Assembly: GCA_018303655.1 (NCBI GenBank)
Contig: JAGVXT010000012.1
Location: forward strand, 17,996 to 81,995
Length of the DNA stretch: 64,000 nucleotides
Reading direction: 5' to 3'
Origin: Candidatus Woesearchaeota archaeon
GTDB taxonomy: Archaea; Nanobdellota; Nanobdellia; Woesearchaeales; GW2011-AR4
Part shown: positions 48,509 through 55,852 of the stretch, piece by piece
How positions within the stretch are numbered: position 1 is the stretch's first letter
Layout: every line of letters starts with the position of its first letter
Program-made: the position numbers and the translations under genes
The notes under the pieces: model-generated
What the model was told of the DNA's origin: nothing
Databases searched by the model: none
The model's input: only the letters and a program-made list of their open reading frames with translations

Positions 48509-49954
48509 TTATCCGCCAACGCTTGCCCTGTTGGAGTTGCTTATGATTACTTTGTCTCCAATTTTGGTTCTTGCGCTTGCAGCAGGCAGGTTAAGCTCTC
48601 CCAATATCGGAAGCCTTGACTTCATCCTGTAGGATAATACCCTTTCATCGCCTGCTTCCAAAGTTTCTATGTTCCATCTTATCATAATCCCTTTTTTAGG
48701 GTGCTTCAATATAGCATGGGGTTGCATGGAGCCGATTGAAAGCTCCTTTTCAACATGTGCGATATGGGGAAGATTGTCCACAACCTCAATATCTGTTATT
48801 TGATTTTGGCTCCTGTTCTTGACCCTTACAACAATCTTTGCCTCTGAAATTCCGCCATAGCTCATTCCAACATTTCCAATTGCTTTGCTCACTACGATGG
48901 GGCTTCTAAACAGGAAGTACAAAACTATTGCAGCGATTACCAATAAAATAAGAACAACAATTGGCCTGTAATTTTCACTTGTGCGGATAGAAATTGTCTT
49001 GTCCGGGCCGACTTCCACCTCCCATACCAAATAATTCCTGCCATTTTCCTTTACTACCTCGGCTCTTGGAGAAGCTGTCATGAACAGATTTTTGATTGGG
49101 GTTGTTTCAACTTTTACGATGCCCTTGTAATCGGGGTTATTCGACATAACCTTTATTCCTTTTCTTATTTTTAAAAAAGACTGCTCTTTTGGAAGGTCTT
49201 CCTGAACCGCATACTCAATAACCTCAAATTCCTTTACAATGGGGCTGACAATCAGCCTTTCATCCTTGAATATGGCAATAACCAGCCTGTCTTTTTGAGG
49301 CACAGTCATATCATCCAGTTTTTTTGTTACCTCAATTGTCCTGTCTTTTTTTGGGCCAAGTTGCACATATAACTCGTCCTTAAAGAGGTTGCTTTCAATC
49401 TTTATTGTGAGATTTGGGTAGTCCAAAACATTTTGGTTGTTCAGCACAATTGTTATTGTAAAATCCCCCCTAGGGTCAATCTTCTCAGGAGAAATGCTTG
49501 TGCTGGTCAGAACTGTTGGTATGTAGCCCCCTATCAAAGGCTCTGTTGATTTTATTCCAACTGTAATTGGCACTTTTTGCTCCTGGCCTGTGCTCTCAAG
49601 AACAATGCCCATATCAAGAGTATATGTGTCAACAGAGGTGATATACAAAGGGTCAACAAAAAGCTTTATTGATGATGTGCTTTGTGCAGGCACTTTTAAG
49701 GTGATGGGATTCTGCAATGGCTTGGTATACATGTCCCAAAACGGGTAGCCTGCCTTTTTTATCAGGTATTCCTCGTCTGTATCAAGATTGTTTTGGACAT
49801 CTATGTCAAATTCCGCAACTTCATCCACTACAATCTTGTCTGTTATAGGTGTGACTTTCACATCAAAAGATGCGGCAAATGCGATATTTACCAATACAAG
49901 GAGGACAGTTGCAAGAATGAAGAATTTGCCCATTTTTCCCGTTAAGCGCGTCAT
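48509..49954 (-). CDS. surface or membrane protein with a late TM segment
   Basis: 481 aa. Signal-like N-terminus, beta-rich ectodomain, TM at about aa 330-350 (PIVVLILLVIAAIVLYFLF). Confidence 0.55.
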   Translation of the reverse strand: MTRLTGKMGKFFILATVLLVLVNIAFAASFDVKVTPITDKIVVDEVAEFDIDVQNNLDTDEEYLIKKAGYPFWDMYTKPLQNPITLKVPAQSTSSIKLFVDPLYITSVDTYTLDMGIVLESTGQEQKVPITVGIKSTEPLIGGYIPTVLTSTSISPEKIDPRGDFTITIVLNNQNVLDYPNLTIKIESNLFKDELYVQLGPKKDRTIEVTKKLDDMTVPQKDRLVIAIFKDERLIVSPIVKEFEVIEYAVQEDLPKEQSFLKIRKGIKVMSNNPDYKGIVKVETTPIKNLFMTASPRAEVVKENGRNYLVWEVEVGPDKTISIRTSENYRPIVVLILLVIAAIVLYFLFRSPIVVSKAIGNVGMSYGGISEAKIVVRVKNRSQNQITDIEVVDNLPHIAHVEKELSIGSMQPHAILKHPKKGIMIRWNIETLEAGDERVLSYRMKSRLPILGELNLPAASARTKIGDKVIISNSNRASVGG

Positions 49955-49989
49955 TTTTTACGAGATTTTTTATTCAATTACTTATATTG

Positions 49990-50150
49990 CCAACCACAAC
50001 AAAACCTATTTATTTTTGTGGTCGGCAAGAGTCAGTTGTGAGCGAGTTCGCAGTGAGTTGCGAGAGCTCGCCTCTCGCTCGCTCATCTCCCAGCTCACTC
50101 GCATGTCACTCGACAACAAACAATTTGTAATATCTAATTACTTTGTTGTT
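49990..50150. other. GC-rich hairpin-dense island in a divergent intergenic region (candidate ncRNA)
   Basis: Hairpins GCCAACCACAA...TTGTGGTCGGC, GAGCGAG...CTCGCTC, the GCGAGAGCTCGC palindrome and GACAACAAA...TTTGTTGTT. It contains GCTCACTCGCATGTCACT, which is shared with 48437-48455 and with the tRNA-Ser T-loop intron. Confidence 0.4.
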
Positions 50151-50224
50151 CGGCTATATATAAATCTTTCCTAACAATTTTGGGCATAGAAACCTTTATA
50201 TATTATTATATTCAGGAAAAATTC

Positions 50225-50788
50225 ATGAAGCCGGAAGACATTATACATTTCTCAGAAGCTGGCGCAACACCCGTATATATACAATACAAGGGAATTTTTG
50301 ACATGCAGGACCTTTACGAGACAATTGCGGATTTTTTCAGGCAGAAAAAGTTCAAGTTTTATGAAATCCAGCAAAGGCACAGAAGACCCGGTCCTTTCGG
50401 AGCAGAGGTTCTTTATCAGTTCAAAGCAACACGCAAAGTTGAAGAGTTTTATGAATGGATTGTTAATGTCACAATAGAAACCTTCGACATGCACGACATA
50501 GAAGTTATCATGAAAGACGGAACAAAGAAAAAGATGGCAAAAGGCAGGATATGGATACAGATTTTAGGCAACTGTCTAACAGACTATGAGGGCGTATGGG
50601 AAAAGAGTGCATTTCTAGCACATCTTAAGAGCTTTTACAACAAATACATAATAAAGAAAAAAATTGAAGGGGTATGGTGGGATGAATTGCAGTACAAGAT
50701 AGTGCTGAGGCTTCATGCTTTAATAAAGGAAAGACTGAAAATGGCATCTGAAGGCTCTGAGTTCAGGCACATGGCCGGCGTGCATTAA
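50225..50788 (+). CDS. unknown-family protein, paralog 1 of 3
   Basis: Distant similarity to the next two ORFs: Y.G.F...LY..I.DFF, DG.KKKM.KGRI.I.I.G, Y.KYI. The start is probably MKPEDII (ORF track gives 50180). Confidence 0.55.
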   Translation: MKPEDIIHFSEAGATPVYIQYKGIFDMQDLYETIADFFRQKKFKFYEIQQRHRRPGPFGAEVLYQFKATRKVEEFYEWIVNVTIETFDMHDIEVIMKDGTKKKMAKGRIWIQILGNCLTDYEGVWEKSAFLAHLKSFYNKYIIKKKIEGVWWDELQYKIVLRLHALIKERLKMASEGSEFRHMAGVH

Positions 50789-50806
50789 CTTCAAAAAAGA
50801 GGCATC

Positions 50807-51334
50807 ATGGGACATATAAAAATAATTGTTGATCATGACAAGATAGACTACAGCGGGCCCCTTAATGTGACAGAACTGCTCAAGATGGTTGAAAATTTCA
50901 TATTCCACATGGGCTTTGACAAGAGGCAAGACAAGGATTTTGAGCAGAACACCGCTAATGGAAAGTTCATAGAATGGCAGATATCGCCATGGAAGTGGAT
51001 AAGCGACTATGCAAGGTACATCATAAAGGTAAGGGTGCTTGGCTACGACATAATGAAGGCTGATGCAATTGTCAACAGCAAAAAAGCAAAGGTTGACAGC
51101 GGAAGGATGCTGATTGTAATCGACGGGTTTGTCGAGTATGACTTGCAGAGCAAATGGGAGCAGAACCCTGTTTTTCATTTTTTAAGGGCGATATACGACA
51201 ATTTCATATACAAGGCTTACACCGAAAGGTTTGAGCAGAGGCTGGTCAACGATGTAAACCACCTCCATGAGGAGATTGAGAAATTTTTCAACCTTTACAG
51301 GCATTATTCAGTCATATCGAAGCAGGGACCATAG
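50807..51334 (+). CDS. unknown-family protein, paralog 2 of 3
   Basis: Clear similarity to paralog 3: YSGP, GF.K, GK.IEW.I, LI.IDGF, P..F.RA..D.F.Y, FFNL. Confidence 0.6.
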   Translation: MGHIKIIVDHDKIDYSGPLNVTELLKMVENFIFHMGFDKRQDKDFEQNTANGKFIEWQISPWKWISDYARYIIKVRVLGYDIMKADAIVNSKKAKVDSGRMLIVIDGFVEYDLQSKWEQNPVFHFLRAIYDNFIYKAYTERFEQRLVNDVNHLHEEIEKFFNLYRHYSVISKQGP

Positions 51335-51341
51335 GTGCATA

Positions 51342-51854
51342 ATGTCAGAAAAAAAACAAGTGCTTTATGACTTGAGGACGGCTTACAGCGGCCCTTTTGC
51401 AGTCGAGGATTTCTATGCTGAAGTTGACAGATGGATAAAAGAAAAAGGTTTTGAAAAAGAGCCGAAAAAAAAGATGGAGCACGTTACAAAAAGCGGCAAA
51501 AAGATTGAGTGGGTTATTGAGGCGCACAGCCATCTGGACAATTTGCACCATGAAGTTATTGTGCTAAGGGCGCTGCTCGACAATGTAAAGGAATCTGTAA
51601 TTAAAAAAGACGGCAAAAAAATAAGAATAAATAATGGCGATGTTCTTATTAACATAGACGGCTTTATCCAGTCCCACATACACGGCAGCTTTTACCAGGC
51701 AAAGCCAATCTATTATTTCATAAGGGCATTGGTTGACAAGTTTGTTTACATGTTCTGGTCCTTCAAGTGGGATGGCACAGTCAATTCTGACGGCAGGGAA
51801 TTGTTCAAGAGGATTACTTCGTTCTTTAATCTGCAGAAGTTCAAGTATCAGTAA
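51342..51854 (+). CDS. unknown-family protein, paralog 3 of 3
   Basis: Start set at MSEKKQV (ORF track 51267 overlaps paralog 2). The motifs are those listed for paralog 2. Confidence 0.6.
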   Translation: MSEKKQVLYDLRTAYSGPFAVEDFYAEVDRWIKEKGFEKEPKKKMEHVTKSGKKIEWVIEAHSHLDNLHHEVIVLRALLDNVKESVIKKDGKKIRINNGDVLINIDGFIQSHIHGSFYQAKPIYYFIRALVDKFVYMFWSFKWDGTVNSDGRELFKRITSFFNLQKFKYQ

Positions 51855-51930
51855 AGCGATAAAAATCCAATAGTGAAAAGTTTTTAAGAATAAAATATGA
51901 TAAAAATAAAAGAACAATCGCTTTAATCAT

Positions 51931-51944
51931 AACCTTTAAATATA
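51931..51944 (+). promoter_or_regulatory. TATA box (AACCTTTAAATATA) for the tRNA-Leu/tRNA-Thr pair
   Basis: It ends 34 nt upstream of tRNA-Leu position 1. Confidence 0.45.
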
Positions 51945-51977
51945 GTTTTCTACTTCAAAAATATTGCCAGACAATTT

Positions 51978-52155
51978 GCGGGGGTAATTCCAAAGCATTA
52001 GTTTTGGAATCCTTAGAGCGAAGTCTGGCCAAACGCGCAGGACTTAAGGAGCACCTATTGTAAATAGGATTTCAGATATCCTGTTCCTTAGTGGATCCGA
52101 GGGTTCAAATTGCAGCAAGCGAGCATGCTTGCGCATGCATATCCCTTCCCCCGCA
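51978..52155 (+). tRNA. tRNA-Leu(UAA) with three introns (8/9, 37/38, 59/60)
   Basis: Exons assemble to an 86-nt class II tRNA: GCGGGGG-T-A-GCG-AAGTCTGGCCAAA-CGC-G-CAGGA-CTTAAGA-TCCTG-variable arm-GAGGG-TTCAAAT-CCCTT-CCCCCGC-A. Introns are about 51986-52016 (31 nt), 52049-52077 (29 nt) and 52110-52141 (32 nt). Each has a BHB-like register. Confidence 0.75.
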
Positions 52156-52162
52156 TTATTAT

Positions 52163-52247
52163 GCCTCTGTAGCATAGCAGCCATTGCGTTGCCTTGGTAA
52201 CATTTCTAAATAGGCAAAGGTCGGGGGTGCAAATCCCCTCAGAGGCT
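52163..52247 (+). tRNA. tRNA-Thr(GGU) with a 12-nt canonical intron
   Basis: Acceptor GCCTCTG/CAGAGGC, anticodon stem TTGCC/GGCAA, loop TTGGTA|A (anticodon 52196-52198), intron 52200-52211, T-arm GGGGG-TGCAAAT-CCCCT. Confidence 0.75.
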
Positions 52248-52307
52248 TAACCCAAATAAGTAACCATTCGAAACCTTTAAATACTTCGGTATATACTGTA
52301 CTTACAG

Positions 52308-52517
52308 GTGTTACAACTGGCAATCTTATTCAGCAGGCATGCAAGAGAGCAGATGGTTGCCAGGGGAATTTCAATTTTTGAAGTTCAGGAAGCTATTAGT
52401 AGGGGTTCAAAACAAATCCAGAAACCAGATAAGATTTTGTCTAACTACCGGTATTTTTGTGTAGTTTACAAAAAAATTAAAAACAATATTTTTGTTATAA
52501 CAGTGAAGCCAAGGTGA
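52308..52517 (+). CDS. DUF4258-like putative toxin
   Basis: 69 aa with a GTG start. FSRHAREQMVARGISIFEVQEAI is typical of that family. Confidence 0.5.
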   Translation: MLQLAILFSRHAREQMVARGISIFEVQEAISRGSKQIQKPDKILSNYRYFCVVYKKIKNNIFVITVKPR

Positions 52518-52523
52518 TTTAAA

Positions 52524-52850
52524 ATGAAATGTCCGGTATGCGCAAAAGGTGATATTAAAACAGGAAAAATCAAGGAAGAAATGTTTGGAGTTTACTTAGG
52601 GGAATTTCCGGCCCAAATATGCAGCAAGTGCAATGAATCTTTTACTGATGAAGAAACTACCAGAAAAATAGAAGACGCGGCAAAGGCAAAAGGAATCTGG
52701 GGCCTTGGGAAAAAGACAAAAATTACTAAAACTGGAAACTCATTAGCGATAAGAATACCCAAGGAAATTGCAGATTTTTTAAATCTAAAAGAAGGCAAGG
52801 ATGCTTACATTCATCCAGATAAAAATAAACTAGTAATTGAATCCCCTTAA
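52524..52850 (+). CDS. zinc-ribbon plus AbrB/MazE-like putative antitoxin
   Basis: N-terminal CPVC...CSKC, and a C-terminal KITKTGNSLAIRIPKEIADFLNLKEGKD (SpoVT/AbrB fold pattern). Confidence 0.55.
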   Translation: MKCPVCAKGDIKTGKIKEEMFGVYLGEFPAQICSKCNESFTDEETTRKIEDAAKAKGIWGLGKKTKITKTGNSLAIRIPKEIADFLNLKEGKDAYIHPDKNKLVIESP

Positions 52851-52865
52851 TGACTACTTTTTCGG

Positions 52866-52887
52866 GTCGTTCCCTTCAGAGGCTTAT
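52866..52887 (+). repeat. partial duplicate of the tRNA-Thr 3' end
   Basis: TTCCCTTCAGAGGCTTA compared with TCCCCTCAGAGGCTTA at 52233-52249. A degenerate T-arm (CGGGTCGTTCCC) precedes it. Confidence 0.6.
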
Positions 52888-52978
52888 TTAACTTAATTTT
52901 ACACATTTATAATTTATTCAAAAAAACAAGCGACCCATTTGCTTCTAAAGAAGTTGAATTGGCACCCCGCAGTTCTGT

Positions 52979-53025
52979 AAAAGCGGTTTACTTTTATCAC
53001 CTTTACTTATAAAAGTCGCTCTCGT
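52979..53025 (+). repeat. bipartite dispersed element, copy 3
   Basis: AAAAGCGGTTTACTTTTATCACCTTTACTTATAAAAGTCGCTCTCGT followed by a T-run. 46 of 47 nt are identical to copy 4. Confidence 0.75.
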
Positions 53026-53124
53026 TATTTTTTGGATAATTTTTTATTTGGATGTGCCGCCAATTAATCCCGCATAATCATAAAAATTAAATACTCCTGC
53101 AAAATAAGCAAAAATTGGTTTGGG

Positions 53125-53817
53125 ATGCCTAAAAAACTATTGGTAATTTTTTTCATAATATCTGTCTTCGTATTGGGATGCTCTTCTGATGAAGGCATTA
53201 CCGGAAAGACTGCGGCAGCCGAGCCAAGTATCTATGAAGATGATCCGGCAACTGAGCAGCAGGCTGAAAATCAAACCCAGAGTGAAGACCAAACCACTGA
53301 AGAAGCCACAGGGGAAAACATTACTGACGTGCAGGAGATACAGATCAAAACCGGAGAGGAATATTATGACGAGCTCGTGAATGACAAGCCCAAAGAAAGC
53401 ATAAACCCGGAAGAATTCAAGTTCAGCCCTGAAAGCATTGTTAGCACCCAGAATAACATCTCGCTTTCGCTTGACGGCATCAGGCATGAAATTAAAAATG
53501 AGTACTGGGGCAAGATAATTGAGTTAACCTCAACAGTGCTAAACAAGGAGCATGGCGCTTTTAAGCCTAAGCTGCTGGTCTTGCTGTACGACGAGAAAGA
53601 CTTCAGGGAAGACTGGCTCAAGCCAAAAGCGGAAATAGGATTTGATATTGCGCAGCTAAACCCAGGAGAGCATGCAACTCGGCAGGCAATTGTAAGCATA
53701 TCTTTTGATGATCTTTCCCTGACAAAGCACTTTAAATTGATACTTGTTGATGCTGCTGACATTGGCAATAAGCCTTTGGTTGTTGTCGAGAAAGAATTCA
53801 ACCCTGTGCTTGGATAA
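53125..53817 (+). CDS. putative lipoprotein or secreted protein
   Basis: Signal plus lipobox-like VLGCSS, then an acidic Q/E/T-rich linker. Confidence 0.5.
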   Translation: MPKKLLVIFFIISVFVLGCSSDEGITGKTAAAEPSIYEDDPATEQQAENQTQSEDQTTEEATGENITDVQEIQIKTGEEYYDELVNDKPKESINPEEFKFSPESIVSTQNNISLSLDGIRHEIKNEYWGKIIELTSTVLNKEHGAFKPKLLVLLYDEKDFREDWLKPKAEIGFDIAQLNPGEHATRQAIVSISFDDLSLTKHFKLILVDAADIGNKPLVVVEKEFNPVLG

Positions 53818-53842
53818 TTATATTATTTTAAACTAAAAAGGC

Positions 53843-54511
53843 CTAAGGCGTTACATCAGCGTCTGTTACGCTATTGACAGCCAACTGCTCAAACCTGTAG
53901 GTTTTGCCGCTTGAATCAGCTTTCAAAGGAATGCCATAGAAAGTGTCCACCCATAAAATGCCTTTGTCTGTTTCAATTTTCCATGTACTTCTTGATTCAA
54001 TAACTTCTTCTCCCACCTTCTTGGCGCTTGTAACGCTAAGCCAGTCAAAGACTGTGCCTATATAAGCATCATCATAATTCAGGTTATCTTTTTTCCCTTT
54101 GTAAGTGCAATACGCAGCCGTGCAGTAAGATTGCGCAGTCTTAGCAACTTTGTCAATAAAAATAGCATCATATGAATCTGGCCTGTCTAAGGTTTTTGTT
54201 TCAAGAGATGGATTGTATTTTATTTTGTTTCCTTTTACATAGAACTCATGAAAGTTGCTGCCTGTTTCAGGCCCCCTGTATTTATAATAAACGCCGGTTA
54301 TCTTAGTCTTGTGCTTGCTTAGCAAATCCTTGACATCTGCTGCAATTTCTCCTGCTGGTTTTTCCTGAGTCGTTGTGGCTTGTGTTTTAGCTTCTGCACT
54401 TGATTCAGTCTTTGGTGCAGTTGCTGTTTTTGGCGCTTCCTGTGCAGGCGCGCAGGATACTATTAAAACTAAAAGAGAAACAATGCACAATGCTGACAAT
54501 CCCCCTTTCAT
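53843..54511 (-). CDS. putative lipoprotein or secreted protein
   Basis: Signal plus LIVSCAP, then an A/T/E/K-rich linker. Confidence 0.5.
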   Translation of the reverse strand: MKGGLSALCIVSLLVLIVSCAPAQEAPKTATAPKTESSAEAKTQATTTQEKPAGEIAADVKDLLSKHKTKITGVYYKYRGPETGSNFHEFYVKGNKIKYNPSLETKTLDRPDSYDAIFIDKVAKTAQSYCTAAYCTYKGKKDNLNYDDAYIGTVFDWLSVTSAKKVGEEVIESRSTWKIETDKGILWVDTFYGIPLKADSSGKTYRFEQLAVNSVTDADVTP

Positions 54512-54562
54512 AAATTAAGGTGAGCCAAACTCATTTAAAAGCTTTTCCAATGCAAACACACA

Positions 54563-55078
54563 ATGCAAACTCATACGAAAACTTTTTATATGACCAGCAT
54601 AATAAAATCATTGATGGCAAGAGTTAGTAAAATAATGTTAACTGACGTTCCAATCTTGAAAAAAGAGGCGAAAATAGAAGAAGCAGGTAAATTGCTGGTC
54701 CAAAATCAAGTTGGCTGCGTGATGATAGTTGAAGATAAAAATCCAATAGGCATTGTGACAGAGCTTGATTTTGTGAGAACTGCAGTTTCTAAGGGAAAGA
54801 GCCTGAAAGAGCCTGTAAGCAGGATAATGAGCTCTCCGCTCACCCTTATGACGCCAAATATGAAGCTTGACGAGGCGCTGAAAATCATTGACACGAAAAA
54901 ATTCAGGAAGTACCCTGTTGTCGAGAACGGGGCACTGGTTGGGCTGGCTACAAAGAAAGATGTTGTAAATGCCATAAGCGACAACCTAAGATTCCATAGG
55001 AATATACAAAATGCTGTGCTGATACTTTTTATCCTGTTTGAGCTGTTTGTTTTTGTAATTGGAAGGTACATACCGTAA
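54563..55078 (+). CDS. CBS-domain pair protein with a C-terminal TM helix
   Basis: Two CBS repeats (GCVMIVED..PIGIVTELD and KYPVVENGALVGLATKKD) and a hydrophobic tail. The start is uncertain. Confidence 0.65.
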   Translation: MQTHTKTFYMTSIIKSLMARVSKIMLTDVPILKKEAKIEEAGKLLVQNQVGCVMIVEDKNPIGIVTELDFVRTAVSKGKSLKEPVSRIMSSPLTLMTPNMKLDEALKIIDTKKFRKYPVVENGALVGLATKKDVVNAISDNLRFHRNIQNAVLILFILFELFVFVIGRYIP

Positions 55079-55095
55079 TATTTTGCTTTTGGGGC

Positions 55096-55572
55096 TTGAA
55101 AATGATAAAAATAAGAAGCATAATGACAAAGGAGGTTGTAACGATTTCGCAAAACTCAAGCATAGTCGAAGCTGCAACCAGTATGTCGTCTAAATTTGTT
55201 AGCAGTTTGCCAGTAGTCATTGAGAAGGATAAGCCTATTGCCATTATAACGGAAAAAGATATAATAAAAGGCGCCATTTCCAAGAAAAAAAAGGTTAAAG
55301 ATATCATGAATAAAGAATTTAAGATTATCTCAACCGATGCAAGATTTTCTGAGGTCATTAAGTTTTTGAAAGAAGGAAAAACTGAAAGATTTATTGTTAT
55401 GGAAAATGAAAGATTAATGGGATTGATAACAGAAACTGACGTAATACAGGCAACGAGGGACTTCACAAGATTCCACCAGATGGTGCAAGAGGCCATACTG
55501 GCCATTTTTGGTTTTGCAACAGCCTTCTTTTTATTTTACTTCAGCCCAATGGGAGCATCTGTTTTTGGGTGA
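55096..55572 (+). CDS. CBS-domain pair protein with a C-terminal TM helix
   Basis: Tandem paralog of the previous gene (SLPVVIEKDKPIAIITEKD and RFIVMENERLMGLITETD). Confidence 0.65.
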   Translation: MKMIKIRSIMTKEVVTISQNSSIVEAATSMSSKFVSSLPVVIEKDKPIAIITEKDIIKGAISKKKKVKDIMNKEFKIISTDARFSEVIKFLKEGKTERFIVMENERLMGLITETDVIQATRDFTRFHQMVQEAILAIFGFATAFFLFYFSPMGASVFG

Positions 55573-55620
55573 ATAGCCATCAGAAAAATATATATACATC
55601 ACGAAAACCAAATGTGCTGA

Positions 55621-55787
55621 GGGCCTGTGGTCTAGCGGCTATGACATCGCCTCGACATTTGCTTTAATTCAGCTATCGGCACGGCGAAGGTCACCAGTTC
55701 GAAATGTCGAGTCCCGAGATGCGAGGTTCGCGAGAAACTCGCTCACCAGCTACCGAGACTCGCAAACCGAAAATCTGGTCGGGCCCA
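55621..55787 (+). tRNA. tRNA-Val(GAC)-like with two introns (37/38 and 59/60) and an unusual C33
   Basis: Acceptor GGGCCTG/CGGGCCC, anticodon stem TCGCC/GGCGA, loop T-C-GAC-A|C, intron 1 at 55658-55681 (24 nt, good BHB). T-arm ACCAG-TTCGAA|intron 2 at 55704-55773 (70 nt)|T-CTGGT, with TTCG pairing to CGAA and 3-nt bulges. Confidence 0.65.
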
Positions 55788-55852
55788 TTTATTACATAAA
55801 AAAAGGTGAGAGAATTAAATCAAGGCTTTATCCAAGGATATTCTTCTCTGTA

